Shown here piece after piece: positions 40,787 through 50,823 of a stretch of 64,000 bases of DNA. The position numbers and the translations under genes are program-made. The DNA is from Vulcanimicrobiota bacterium (lineage in GTDB: Bacteria; Vulcanimicrobiota; Vulcanimicrobiia; Vulcanimicrobiales; Vulcanimicrobiaceae): contig PLCF01000085.1 of the NCBI GenBank assembly GCA_003135555.1, positions 221,493 to 285,492 of the forward strand, written 5' to 3'. The notes below the pieces were generated by a model. The model was given only the letters and a program-made list of their open reading frames with translations, ran no database searches and had not been told where the DNA came from. Position 1 is the stretch's first letter, and each line of letters opens with the position of its first letter.

Positions 40787-40934
40787 TCCTGGCCGGAAGG
40801 TTGTCGGTGCGCGATTGGCCGGCGCCCCATCGCTGAGGGCCGGGGGGTGGGGCGCTGGCGCCTCGTGGGGTCAGCGGGATGGTGGAGTTGCCGGGCACGT
40901 GGCAGGTGGTCGTGGTGGGGCCCAGCGGCTCGTG

Positions 40935-40963
40935 AAAAGAGCGCCCTCAGACGGGGCGCTCTC
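40935..40963 (-). terminator. Intrinsic terminator of the LysM gene
   Basis: Minus strand AGAGCGCCC-CGTCTGA-GGGCGCTCT followed by TTT. Confidence 0.75.
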
Positions 40964-40991
40964 GGGGTGCGGGGTGCGGGCTTCCCCGGGG

Positions 40992-41276
40992 TTATTGGGG
41001 GAGGCGAAGTTTTTGGCCGGCTTGGAGGGCGGCGGTGTGGAGGTGGTTGGCGGCCATGATCTGGTCGACGGTCGATTGGACGTCGCCATTGGCTTGCGTG
41101 CGCCCCTCGGCGAGGCTCCACAGGGTTTGTCCGCTCGTCACGGTCACCGTCGTGTAGGTCACGGGCGGGGCCGCGTGGACGGTGCTGGACAAGGCCGGGA
41201 GCGTCACGGCCAGGCTGAGCGCGCCCAGCGCGACTAGCGGCATGAGGGTTGGTTTCCGTTTGGACGTCCCGTACAT
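40992..41276 (-). CDS. Small membrane-anchored LysM protein (YneA-like SOS division inhibitor)
   Basis: TM segment followed by VTSGQTLWSLA...IMAANHL...LQAGQKLRLP; divergent from lexA; GGGGAG RBS. Confidence 0.8.
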   Translation of the reverse strand: MYGTSKRKPTLMPLVALGALSLAVTLPALSSTVHAAPPVTYTTVTVTSGQTLWSLAEGRTQANGDVQSTVDQIMAANHLHTAALQAGQKLRLPQ

Positions 41277-41304
41277 GATGCTCCCCAATCCCTAGATGTT
41301 GTGC

Positions 41305-41318
41305 CGAACGCTCGTTCG
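41305..41318. promoter_or_regulatory. LexA (Cheo) box 1
   Basis: CGAAC-GCTC-GTTCG. Confidence 0.85.
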
Positions 41319-41364
41319 TCCCCCATATGGTACCAAGGTGAGTCCGTCGGAGTCAATATGGGTG

Positions 41365-41378
41365 CGAACATATGTTTG
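41365..41378. promoter_or_regulatory. LexA (Cheo) box 2
   Basis: CGAAC-ATAT-GTTTG. Confidence 0.8.
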
Positions 41379-41494
41379 CCTGGGCGGGCTTGGTATGGTA
41401 GGATACCCGCAATCACGGCGGCGTCGTTGTGACGCCGTTCGCAAAGCGTCGCATGGCGCAATGCCTACTGGGTGGCATTCTCAAGGGGGGTTCG

Positions 41495-42109
41495 ATGGCC
41501 GAACGGGCCACTACGGACAAGCAGCAGCGGATCCTCGAGGTGATCCGCGAGTTCTCGCTCGAGCACGGCTACCCGCCGTCGGTCCGCGAGATCGGTGAGC
41601 GCGTCGGGCTTTCCTCGTCCTCGACCGTCCAGTCGCACCTCAAGACCCTCGAGCGGCGGGGGCTGCTCAAGCGCGATCCGACCAAGCCCCGCGCGCTCGT
41701 CGCCGCACGCGCCGAAGGCGAGCTCGCCCCGATGGCTTCGGTCACGTTGCCGATCGTCGGCCGGGTCGCCGCCGGCGTCCCGATCACCGCGACCGAGAAC
41801 CTCGAGGACCAGTTCGTGCTGCCGGCGTCGTGGGTGCCGCGCGCCGGCGGCTTCATGCTGCGGGTGAAGGGCGACTCGATGATCGACGCGGCGATCCTCG
41901 ACGGCGATTTGATCGTGGTCGAGCCGCGGCCCAGCGCGAACAACGGCGAGATCGTGGTGGCGATGATCGACGGAGAGGCGACCGTGAAGCGCTTCTACCG
42001 CGAGGACGGGCGCGTGCGGCTGCAGCCGGAGAACGCCGCGATGCCGCCAATCTACGCCGAGGATGTCACCATCGTCGGCCGGGTCGAGGCCGTCATCCGG
42101 AGGCTCTGA
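41495..42109 (+). CDS. lexA: SOS repressor LexA
   Basis: GYPPSVREIG wHTH, VAAG cleavage site, GDSM (Ser), TVKRF (Lys). Confidence 0.95.
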   Translation: MAERATTDKQQRILEVIREFSLEHGYPPSVREIGERVGLSSSSTVQSHLKTLERRGLLKRDPTKPRALVAARAEGELAPMASVTLPIVGRVAAGVPITATENLEDQFVLPASWVPRAGGFMLRVKGDSMIDAAILDGDLIVVEPRPSANNGEIVVAMIDGEATVKRFYREDGRVRLQPENAAMPPIYAEDVTIVGRVEAVIRRL

Positions 42110-43325
42110 GCCGCACCTCGACGCTTCTCCGGCCGGCGACGGGTTCATCGCGCGGCTGGAACGTGCCGTAGCGCCGTTCGCGCAGCGCTTCACCGAGGCG
42201 CCGGCGGTGCGCGCGCTGCAAGGCACGCTTCCCGTCGCCCTCGGCGTCGCGCTGGCCGCGCTGCTCGCGCGCTTCGCGGTCGTGCTGCTGGCGCGCCCGT
42301 TCGTCGGATGGCCGGCCGGCCTGCGGCTCCTCGTCGCCTTCATCCCGAGCGCCTTTGCGATCGCGTCGGTGGTGATGCTGATCGTGCTGTCGTTTGCGCT
42401 GGCCCGGCGCTTGCGCTATCCCGTCGCGGTCGGCCTCGCGGTCAGCGCGTTCGCGTTCGTCATGGCCTTGCCGCGCGAAGCGCTCGGCGATCGTGCGTCC
42501 TTGGCGCACACGTTGGGAATCAGCGGCATCTTTACCGCGATCGTCATCGCGCTCGCCGCGGCCGGGGCGATCTCGCTGGGGCGGCGGCGCCTCGGTGCGG
42601 TCCGCGGTACCGCGGCGGGCGCCGCCGGCGTCGTGGCGGCGTCGGGCGCGCTCTTCGCGCTGCACCTTTCGCCGGCGAGCGGGCTCGCCGGCGCGCTCGC
42701 GCCGCTGGCGACTTTGGGCGACAGTTTCGTCGCGCTGCTGACCATCACGGCGCTCGAAGCCGCCCTGTGGCTGGTCGGGATCCACGGGCCCGCGCTGCTC
42801 GCGGCGATCGTCGTCCCGGTCTACTTGCAGCTGCAGGGCGACAACATCGCGGCGCTGGGCCATCACGCGCCGATCCCGCACATCGTGGTCGTCACGACGT
42901 TCCTGTTCGTCTTTCCCGGCGGCGCCGGCGCGACGTTGCCGCTGGTGCTGCTGCTGCTGCGCAGCCGGGTGGCGCGCTTGCGCACGTTCGCCTACGCGAC
43001 GCTCGTGCCGTCGCTGTTCAACGTCAACGAGCCGGTGATCTTCGGACTGCCGCTGGCCTACAATCCCGTGCTGGCCGTGCCGTTCGTCGTCGCGCCGGTT
43101 GCGCTCGCGAGCACGACGTTCGCCGCGATCGCGCTGGGTTTGGTCGCGCGGCCGGTCGTTTACATGCCGTATTGGGTGCCGTCGCTGGTGAGCGCGTTCG
43201 TCACGACCCTCGACTGGCGGGCCTGCGTGCTCGTCGCCTGCAACGTCGTTCTTGCCGGCGCGATCTGGCTGCCGTTCGTGCGCGTCTACGAGCGCGCCGA
43301 GGCCGCGCGCGCGGTACGCGCGTAG
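42063..43325 (+). CDS. PTS EIIC-like membrane protein (cellobiose/chitobiose family)
   Basis: LWLVGIHG, GGAGATL, FNVNEPVIFGLP..NP, IWLPFVR. Start uncertain because it overlaps lexA. Confidence 0.75.
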   Translation: MSPSSAGSRPSSGGSEPHLDASPAGDGFIARLERAVAPFAQRFTEAPAVRALQGTLPVALGVALAALLARFAVVLLARPFVGWPAGLRLLVAFIPSAFAIASVVMLIVLSFALARRLRYPVAVGLAVSAFAFVMALPREALGDRASLAHTLGISGIFTAIVIALAAAGAISLGRRRLGAVRGTAAGAAGVVAASGALFALHLSPASGLAGALAPLATLGDSFVALLTITALEAALWLVGIHGPALLAAIVVPVYLQLQGDNIAALGHHAPIPHIVVVTTFLFVFPGGAGATLPLVLLLLRSRVARLRTFAYATLVPSLFNVNEPVIFGLPLAYNPVLAVPFVVAPVALASTTFAAIALGLVARPVVYMPYWVPSLVSAFVTTLDWRACVLVACNVVLAGAIWLPFVRVYERAEAARAVRA

Positions 43326-43326
43326 C

Positions 43327-44595
43327 GTGGATGCGAGCGTGATCGAGACGCTGTTGGGCGCGCTCGAGGTCGATCCGCGCGTGCGTGCCGCCGCGGCGGC
43401 CGCCGCGCCATGGCTGCTGCGGCGCGACGCGCACCGAACGGCCGTCCACGCGCGCGTGCTGCGCGCGTTTCTCGACGAAGGGATCGCCGAGAGCGACCTC
43501 GCCGGGACGACAGGCTACGGCTACGACGATGCGGCCCGCGAGCGCTACGAATCGCTCCTAGCGCGCGTCTTTCGGGCCGAACGCGTGCTGGCACGGCTGG
43601 CGATCGTCAGCGGAACGCACGCCATCGTGGCCGGCCTCGACGCCCTCGTCGCGCCCGGCGCGACGCTGGTGGCGGCGAACGGCGCGCCCTACGACACGCT
43701 GCGCCACGCCATCGTGACCGCCCCGCACTCGCTGGTCTCGCGCGGCGTGCGCTACGTCGAGGTGCCGCGAGCCCCCGACGGTGGAACCGACGCCGCGGCG
43801 CTGCGTGCGACGCTGCGGGCCGAGCAGCCGGCGCTGCTGTTCGTTCAGCGTTCGCGCGGCTACGCCGCGCGGCGGTCGCTCGACATCGACGCCATCGCGG
43901 CGATCGTCGCGGCGGTGCGCGAGGCGCATCCCGCAACGGTCGTCTTCGTCGACAACTGCTACGGCGAGCTGGTCGAAGAGCGCGAGCCGCTCGAGGCCGG
44001 CGCCGACGTCATCGCCGGATCGCTGATCAAGAACGTCGGCGGCGGGCTGGCACCGGGCGGCGCCTACGTGGCCGGTCGCGCCGACCTGCTCGAGCGCATC
44101 GCGGCGCGCGTCTTCGCGCCCGGGATCGGCGCCGGTTTGGGGCCGACCTTGGGCTTCGGTCGCGCGCTCGTGCAAGGGTTGTTCTACGCGCCGCTCGTCG
44201 TCGGCGAGTCGCTGCGCGGCCTCGAGTTCGCCGCCGCCCTCTTCGCCGAACTGGGATTCGCGGTCGATCCGTGTGCCGGCGCGGCGCGCACCGACATCGT
44301 GCAATCGATCCGGCTGGGCGCGCCGGCGCAGCTCATCGCCTTCGCACGCGGTCTGCAGCGCGCGATGCCGCTCAACGCGCGCTTCGCGCCCGAGCCCGGA
44401 CCAGTGCCGGGTTACGTCGATCCGGTCATCATGTCGAGCGGTTCGTTCGTGAACGGCGCGACGCTGGAGCTGTCGTGCGACGCGCCGCTGCGCCCGCCGT
44501 TCGAGGTGTACCTGCAGGGCGGCGTGACGGCCGAGCACGCGGCGCTGGGCGCGATCCTCGCCGCCGACGCGGTCCTGCGATCAGACCCTCCCTAG
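43327..44595 (+). CDS. Methionine gamma-lyase family / aluminium-resistance (YnbB-like) PLP protein
   Basis: TGYGYDDAAR, VSGTHAI, QRSRGY, VDNCYGE, GSLIKN, ELSCD, YLQGG. Confidence 0.88.
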   Translation: MDASVIETLLGALEVDPRVRAAAAAAAPWLLRRDAHRTAVHARVLRAFLDEGIAESDLAGTTGYGYDDAARERYESLLARVFRAERVLARLAIVSGTHAIVAGLDALVAPGATLVAANGAPYDTLRHAIVTAPHSLVSRGVRYVEVPRAPDGGTDAAALRATLRAEQPALLFVQRSRGYAARRSLDIDAIAAIVAAVREAHPATVVFVDNCYGELVEEREPLEAGADVIAGSLIKNVGGGLAPGGAYVAGRADLLERIAARVFAPGIGAGLGPTLGFGRALVQGLFYAPLVVGESLRGLEFAAALFAELGFAVDPCAGAARTDIVQSIRLGAPAQLIAFARGLQRAMPLNARFAPEPGPVPGYVDPVIMSSGSFVNGATLELSCDAPLRPPFEVYLQGGVTAEHAALGAILAADAVLRSDPP

Positions 44596-44825
44596 GTGGC
44601 GGCGGCGTCGGGCGCGGCCGCTTCGGGCGTGTCCTCACCCATGAAGCCGTAGAAGTAGTAGATCGAGCCGTCGTCGGTCTCGATCGCGATGCGGGTGTCC
44701 TCGAGCCGCGCCTCGACGATGCGGCGTCCCACCATCCCGCCGAGCAGCTCTTGCGCCTGCATGAACTCGGCGGCGCGCAGCGCTTCGGGGTCGATCTCCA
44801 GGAGGGGGTGGTCGTCTGGTTTCAA
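44592..44825 (-). CDS. Small hypothetical protein
   Basis: Host-like codons; IAIETDDGSIYYFYGFMG; fills the gap between genes. Confidence 0.5.
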   Translation of the reverse strand: MKPDDHPLLEIDPEALRAAEFMQAQELLGGMVGRRIVEARLEDTRIAIETDDGSIYYFYGFMGEDTPEAAAPDAAAT

Positions 44826-44884
44826 CGCGGCATGCTTCCTGTGGAGAGGACCGATCGTCCGCTTCGCGCGAAGGCGGTCGGGCG

Positions 44885-45181
44885 ATGTACGTCCTGGAGG
44901 TGATGAGCGGCCCGCTCGACGGCAAGACGTGGGCTTTCGAGCAAGAGATCACGATCGGCCGTGACGATGCGGTGGCAACCGCCTGCATCACGATCGATCG
45001 GTATATCTCCAGAAAGCATGCGCGCCTCTACCATGAAGGGGACGGCGGGTTGCGGTTGGCGGACCTGGCGAGCCGCAACGGGACCCGGGTTGCGGGCCGG
45101 TCGCTCGGTGCGCCCGAGCCGATCGACCTCGGCCAGCCCTTCGTCATCGGGCGAACGACCCTTCGCGTGACGCACGAATAG
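44885..45181 (+). CDS. Standalone FHA-domain protein
   Basis: IGR, ISRKHA, DLASRNGT. Confidence 0.88.
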   Translation: MYVLEVMSGPLDGKTWAFEQEITIGRDDAVATACITIDRYISRKHARLYHEGDGGLRLADLASRNGTRVAGRSLGAPEPIDLGQPFVIGRTTLRVTHE

Positions 45182-45214
45182 TGGGACCACGCACCGTGAA
45201 CCTGGGGCGGTAGG

Positions 45215-46075
45215 GTGCGGATCGCGCGGACGGTCGGCGAGGTACGGGAAGCATTGCTGGGTGCGGCGCGGCCGGTGGGGCTGGTGCCCACGATGGGCGC
45301 CCTGCACGCCGGCCATTTGGCGCTGGTCGAGCGCGCCCGCGCGGAATGCCGCACCGTGGTGGTGTCGATCTTCGTGAACCCGCTGCAGTTCGGTCCGGCC
45401 GAGGACTACGCGCGCTACCCACGTGCCTTCGACGGCGACGTGGCGGCGCTGCGTGACGCCGGCGTCGATCTCATCTACGCCCCCGACGCCGCGACGATGT
45501 ACCCGCCGGATTTCGCGACCGCGATCGATCCGGGCGCGGTCGGCGCGCGCTACGAAGGCGCCTTGCGACCGGGCCATTTCAAAGGCGTGGCCACGGTGTG
45601 CGTCAAGCTGTTCGCCACGGTGCTGCCCGAGCGCGCCTATTTCGGCGCCAAGGATGCACAACAGGTCGCCGTGCTGGGGCGCGTCGTCACCGACTTGAAC
45701 TTGCCGCTCGAGCTGGTGGTGTGCGCGACGGTGCGCGAGAGCGACGGGCTGGCGCTGTCGAGCCGCAACGCGTACCTCGACGCGCAACAGCGCGCCGCGG
45801 CACCCGCGCTGCACCGCGCGCTGAGCGCGATCGCCCGCGCCGTGCACGACGGCGAGTACGACCGCGACCGCGCCGTCGCGCGCGGGCGCGCCGAGCTGCC
45901 GGCGTTGCTGCGCGAGGCGTACCTCGACGTCGTCGACCCCGCTACGTTCGAGCCGCCGGCGAACCTGCACGGTCCGGCGGTCGCGATCGCGAGCGCGTGG
46001 CTGGGCTCGACCCGCCTCATCGACAACGAGCCGATCTCCGTGCGGTGCGCTGCGGACGAGACGGTGCCGGCGTGA
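45215..46075 (+). CDS. panC: Pantoate-beta-alanine ligase
   Basis: VPTMGALHAGH, FVNPLQF, RPGHF, GAKDAQQ, LSSRN, RLIDN. Confidence 0.95.
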   Translation: MRIARTVGEVREALLGAARPVGLVPTMGALHAGHLALVERARAECRTVVVSIFVNPLQFGPAEDYARYPRAFDGDVAALRDAGVDLIYAPDAATMYPPDFATAIDPGAVGARYEGALRPGHFKGVATVCVKLFATVLPERAYFGAKDAQQVAVLGRVVTDLNLPLELVVCATVRESDGLALSSRNAYLDAQQRAAAPALHRALSAIARAVHDGEYDRDRAVARGRAELPALLREAYLDVVDPATFEPPANLHGPAVAIASAWLGSTRLIDNEPISVRCAADETVPA

Positions 46076-47265
46076 ACGGGCGGCGCGTGCTGCTCGGCGT
46101 CACCGGCGGGATCGCCGCCTACAAGGCGGCCGCGCTGGCCAGCCGCCTGGTGCAGGCGGGCGCGATCCTCGACGTCGTGATGACCCGCGACGCCCGGCGC
46201 TTCGTGGGCGCGGCGACGTTCGCCGCGCTGTCGCGGCGCCCCGTCCACACCTCGCTCTGGGAGCGCACCGCCGAGATCCCGCACATCGCGCTGGCGCGCG
46301 AGAGCGACGTCGTCGCGATCGTTCCGGCGACGGCGAACACGATCGCAAAGTTCGCGCTGGGCCTCGCGGACGATCTGCTCAGCAACGTGGTGCTTGCCAC
46401 GCGTGCGCCGCTGGTGATCGCGCCGGCGATGAACACCGCGATGCTCGAACACGCGGCGACGCGCGCGCATCTCGAGACGCTGCGCGCGCGTGGTGCGACG
46501 ATCGTCGAACCGGGGATCGGATTTTTGGCCGAGCGCGAGCACGGTGCGGGCCGCCTGGCCGACGAGGACGTGCTGCTGGCCGCGATCGAGGGCGTGCTGC
46601 AGCGCACGCGCGATCTGGTCGGGGAGCGCGTGCTCATCACCGCCGGCCCGACGCGCGAAGCGCTCGATCCGGTGCGCTTTCTCTCCAACGCCGCGACCGG
46701 GACGCAAGGGATCGAGTTGGCGCGCGAGGCGCTCGCGCGCGGGGCCGCAGTCGACCTCGTGCTGGGTCCGACCTCGCTCGAGCCGCCCGCGGGCGCGAAC
46801 ACGGTGCGCGTCGCGACCGCGCGCGAGATGGACGCCGCGGTGCGCGAGCGCGCGCGCGACGCGACGATCGCGATCGCGACCGCGGCGGTCGCCGACTGGC
46901 GCCCCGCGACCACCCACGCCCACAAGGTGAAGAAGAGCGACGAGGCGGCGCCGCTCGAGCTCGAACGCAACCCCGACATCCTGGCCGGCTTGGGCGCGGC
47001 CAAGGACGGCTTGTTCTTGGTCGGCTTCGCTGCGGAGACCGAGGCGTTCGAGGTCAATGCGCGCGCGAAGCTGCGGCGCAAACAACTCGACGCGATCGCC
47101 GTCAACGATGTCGGCGACCAACGCGGGTTCGGCGCGGGCCCGAACGCGCTGGTCCTGTTGTGGGGCGCCGACGGGCGCAAGGATCTGGGACGCGGCTCGA
47201 AGCGCGAGCTCGCCGCCCGCCTCTGGGACGCGATCCTCGAGCTCAAACGCGCGGGGTCGGCCTAG
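46072..47265 (+). CDS. coaBC: Phosphopantothenoylcysteine decarboxylase/ligase
   Basis: TGGIAAYK, PATAN, PAMN, TAGPTRE.LDPVRF, AAVAD, VGFAAET. Confidence 0.92.
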   Translation: MNGRRVLLGVTGGIAAYKAAALASRLVQAGAILDVVMTRDARRFVGAATFAALSRRPVHTSLWERTAEIPHIALARESDVVAIVPATANTIAKFALGLADDLLSNVVLATRAPLVIAPAMNTAMLEHAATRAHLETLRARGATIVEPGIGFLAEREHGAGRLADEDVLLAAIEGVLQRTRDLVGERVLITAGPTREALDPVRFLSNAATGTQGIELAREALARGAAVDLVLGPTSLEPPAGANTVRVATAREMDAAVRERARDATIAIATAAVADWRPATTHAHKVKKSDEAAPLELERNPDILAGLGAAKDGLFLVGFAAETEAFEVNARAKLRRKQLDAIAVNDVGDQRGFGAGPNALVLLWGADGRKDLGRGSKRELAARLWDAILELKRAGSA

Positions 47266-47266
47266 C

Positions 47267-48040
47267 ATGCTCTTGTGCATCGACGTCGGCAACACCGAGA
47301 CCAAGCTCGGCGCGTTCGATGCCGCGGGCACCCTGGTCGGAACGTGGCGCGTCACGACCGCGCGGCGGCGCACCGCCGACGAGTACGGCGTGCTGTTCGC
47401 GGCGTTCTTCTCCGCGGCGAAGTTTTCGATCGGCGAGATCGAAGCGATCGTGGTTTCGTCGGTCGTGCCGGTGGTGGACCGGCCCTTGGCCGAGGGGTGC
47501 GAGAAGTACTTCGGCGTGCGGCCGACCTTCTTCACCGCTGCGACGCAACGCTCGATCCGCGTGCTGACCGATCGCCCGACCGAGGTCGGCAGCGACCTCA
47601 TCGCCGGCGCGATCGGGGCGGTCGCGTTTGTCGGTGCGCCGTCGATCGTCATCAATTTCGGCACCGCGACGACGTTCGGTGCGATCGACAACGCGGGCGC
47701 GTATGCCGGCGTTGCGATCGCGACCGGGCTTCAGGTCTCGCTCGACGCGTTGGTCGGGCGCACGGCCAAGCTCCCGCAGGTTGCGCTGGTCGCGCCGGGT
47801 ACGCCGATCGGACGCGACACCGTCACCGCCATTCAGGCGGGCCTGGTGTACGGCGCGGTCGGCCAAACCGAAGAGCTGGTGCGGCGCATGCGGGCGGTTC
47901 TGGGCGCCGGCGCGCGGGTGATCGCGTCGGGCGGGATGGCGCCCGTGGTCGCCGCCGAGACCGCGGTGATCGACCGGGTCGAACCGCACCTCGTGCTGCA
48001 GGGGCTGCGGGCCGACCACCTGCGCGCGGCGCGCGACTAG
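47267..48040 (+). CDS. coaX: Type III pantothenate kinase
   Basis: IDVGNT, SSVVP, VGSD, FGTATT, TAKLP. Confidence 0.92.
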   Translation: MLLCIDVGNTETKLGAFDAAGTLVGTWRVTTARRRTADEYGVLFAAFFSAAKFSIGEIEAIVVSSVVPVVDRPLAEGCEKYFGVRPTFFTAATQRSIRVLTDRPTEVGSDLIAGAIGAVAFVGAPSIVINFGTATTFGAIDNAGAYAGVAIATGLQVSLDALVGRTAKLPQVALVAPGTPIGRDTVTAIQAGLVYGAVGQTEELVRRMRAVLGAGARVIASGGMAPVVAAETAVIDRVEPHLVLQGLRADHLRAARD

Positions 48041-48092
48041 TCACGCAGGAAAGCGGGCCCGCATCTCCGCAAGAAATAGGAGTCACTCGGCC

Positions 48093-50162
48093 GTGAGGTA
48101 TTCGATGCCCCTGCTTCGTCTGTTCGTCCGCGCCGCCGCGGTGCTCGCGTCGCTCGCGCTGATCTTGGGCGGCAACGCTCGCCTCGACGCGGCACCGGCG
48201 CCGGTCGCCGCGGCGCTCGACGCCGCCAACCGGGATGCGACGTGCCCCGCCTGCCGCGACTTTTACCAGTTCGCCAACGGCGGCTGGCTCAAAGCGCACC
48301 CGATCCCCGGCGACCACGTGACTTGGAGCCACTGGGACGAGCTCGACGAGGCCAACTTGCTGGCGCTGCGCGCCGGCCTCGAGGCGGCCGCGGCGTCGCA
48401 CGCCGCCGCGGGATCGCGCGATCAAAAACTGGGCGACCTCTACGCCGCGTGCACCGACGAAACGGCGATCGAGGCCGTCGGCGCGACGCCGCTGCAGCCG
48501 CAGCTCGCCGCTATCGACGCGGTGAGCGATTTGCCCGGTCTCGCCGGGCTGGTCGCGAAGATGCACCACGACGGCATCTCGGGCGGCGCGTTCTTCACCT
48601 ACTCCTCCGAGCCCGAACCCGCGACGTCGGCGCGCACCGTCGGCGAGCTGTCCCAAGGCGGCCTCTCGCTGCCCGAGCGCGACTACTATACGCGCAGCGA
48701 CGCGAAGTCCAAGCAGTTGCGCGAGGATTTTGCCGCGCACGTCGGCCGCGAGCTGGCGCTGGTAGGCGAGGATCCCAACCAATCCGCCGCCGATGCGCAA
48801 ACCGTCCTGCGCGTCGAGACCGCGTTGGCCGCGGCGTCGCTGCCCAAGGCGCAGTTGCGCGATCCTAAGGTGACGACGAACCCATACCCGATCGCCAAAT
48901 TGGCGACGCTGGGCAGCGCCATCTCCTGGCCGCAGTACCTTGCGGCGACCGGCTCGGCGACGGCGTGGCCGGTCAACGTCGACGAGCCGGCGTTCTTCCG
49001 CGGTCTCGACGCGATCCTGAAGAGCACGCCGACCGCCGACCTCAAGACCTATCTGCGCTGGCACTACGTGAGCACCAGCTCGCCGGAGCTCTCCAAGGCG
49101 TTCGTCGACGAGAACTTCGCCTGGGCGCAGAAGCTCTACGGGCTCAAGCAGCTCGAGCCGCGCTGGAAGCGCTGCATCCATACCGTCGACGGCGCGATGG
49201 ACGAGTTGCTGGGCCAGCTGTTCGTCGCCAAGCGCTTTCCGCCCACGGCCAAGGCTCACGCCGAGACGATGGTGAGCAACCTGCGCGCCGCGTACAAGAC
49301 CGATATCGGCGGACTCGACTGGATGACCGCGACGACCAAGGCCCGCGCGCTCGACAAGCTGGCCGCGATCGTTCAGAAGATCGGGTATCCCAACACATGG
49401 CGCGACTACTCGGCGCTCAAGATCGCGCGCACCGACTTCTTCGGCGACCTGCAGCGGACCCGAGCGTTCGCCCGCGCCTACGACATCCACAAGATCGGCA
49501 AGCCCACGAACCGCCTGGAATGGGGGATGCCGCCGCAGCTCATCAACGCCCAGTACGACCCCACCAACAACGACATCACCTTCCCCGCGGCGATATTGCT
49601 GCCGCCGTTCTTCTCGGAGAGCAACGACGACGCGCTCAACTACGGCGCGATCGGCGCGGTGATCGGGCACGAGATGACGCACGGTTTCGACGATCAAGGC
49701 CGCTTGTACGACAAGGTCGGAAACCTGAGCGACTGGTGGACGCGCGCCGACGGCAAGCAGTTCACCAGCCGTGCCGCGTGCATCACCAAGCAGTACGGAT
49801 CGATGGAAGCGGCACCCGGCGTCAAGCAGAACGGGTTGCTCGTCACCGGCGAGTCGATCGCCGATTTGGGCGGGTTGCGCATCGCGTACAACGCCTACGA
49901 GCGATCGTTGGCCGGCAAGCCGCGCCGCACGTATTACGGCTACACCCCCGAGCAGCGTTTCTTCCTGGCGTTCGCCACGGTGTGGGCGGAGAACGAGACG
50001 CCGGAGTTCGCGCGGTTTCTGGGTCAGAGCAACGAGCATCCGGTGAACCGCAACCGGGTCATCGGGACGCTGGAAAACCTCCCCGAGTTCGCGGCGGCGT
50101 TCCACTGCAAAGCCGGCGACGCGATGGTCAAGCCGGTCGCAAAGACATGCAAGATCTGGTAA
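48093..50162 (+). CDS. Secreted M13 metallopeptidase
   Basis: DFYQFANGGW, KIGYP, NAQY, GHEMTHGFDD, GESIADLGG. Confidence 0.92.
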   Translation: MRYSMPLLRLFVRAAAVLASLALILGGNARLDAAPAPVAAALDAANRDATCPACRDFYQFANGGWLKAHPIPGDHVTWSHWDELDEANLLALRAGLEAAAASHAAAGSRDQKLGDLYAACTDETAIEAVGATPLQPQLAAIDAVSDLPGLAGLVAKMHHDGISGGAFFTYSSEPEPATSARTVGELSQGGLSLPERDYYTRSDAKSKQLREDFAAHVGRELALVGEDPNQSAADAQTVLRVETALAAASLPKAQLRDPKVTTNPYPIAKLATLGSAISWPQYLAATGSATAWPVNVDEPAFFRGLDAILKSTPTADLKTYLRWHYVSTSSPELSKAFVDENFAWAQKLYGLKQLEPRWKRCIHTVDGAMDELLGQLFVAKRFPPTAKAHAETMVSNLRAAYKTDIGGLDWMTATTKARALDKLAAIVQKIGYPNTWRDYSALKIARTDFFGDLQRTRAFARAYDIHKIGKPTNRLEWGMPPQLINAQYDPTNNDITFPAAILLPPFFSESNDDALNYGAIGAVIGHEMTHGFDDQGRLYDKVGNLSDWWTRADGKQFTSRAACITKQYGSMEAAPGVKQNGLLVTGESIADLGGLRIAYNAYERSLAGKPRRTYYGYTPEQRFFLAFATVWAENETPEFARFLGQSNEHPVNRNRVIGTLENLPEFAAAFHCKAGDAMVKPVAKTCKIW

Positions 50163-50187
50163 CCCGGCGCGCCGCCGGCGGGCGACG

Positions 50188-50823
50188 CTAACGCGGCCAG
50201 CGCAACGCGGTGATGATGATGGCGCCGGCGGCCAGCACCGCCATCGGTATCTCCGAGCGCAGACCGTCGGCTAACGAGCCGCGCTGCCCGGCGCCGGGCG
50301 CGATCTTCCACGGCAGCGGAACGAACCGCGCGACGCGCGCGCGGTAGCGCGCGTACGCTGCTCCGGCCCGGGGTGCCAGCGCGCGTTCCTCGACCACGAT
50401 AAGTGCGAGGTCGAGCGCGAGCACCCCGGCCACGACCAGCACGAACACCGGCCACGGGCCCAGCAGCCCGACGCCGACCGATTGGATCACGTTGCCCAGA
50501 TAGAGCGGATTGCGCGTGAAGCGGTAGGGCCCCGAGACGCGCAGCTCGCCGACGTGCACGTCCTCCTTCCAGACGATCGCGGCGGCCAGGTAGCTCGAGG
50601 CCCAAACCCGCAGGGCGTAGCCGCCCAGGACGCATGCGACCGCCAGCGCGCCGGCCAGCTCCGGCCGGCCTGAGGTGACGAACACCGGGGCGAGCGGCTG
50701 GCCGGTGAATCCGGCCAGCTCGTAGCCGAAGAAGAACGCGGCACCATAGACGAGCCCGAAAACCGTAAAGCGCTTGCGATAGAACCAGGGCGCGCCGCCG
50801 GCCGGGGTGACGGTCTCGCTCAT
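50188..50823 (-). CDS. ICMT/PEMT-family membrane methyltransferase
   Basis: SGPYRFTRNPLYLGN, EE...Y..Y...V.RF. Confidence 0.75.
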   Translation of the reverse strand: MSETVTPAGGAPWFYRKRFTVFGLVYGAAFFFGYELAGFTGQPLAPVFVTSGRPELAGALAVACVLGGYALRVWASSYLAAAIVWKEDVHVGELRVSGPYRFTRNPLYLGNVIQSVGVGLLGPWPVFVLVVAGVLALDLALIVVEERALAPRAGAAYARYRARVARFVPLPWKIAPGAGQRGSLADGLRSEIPMAVLAAGAIIITALRWPR

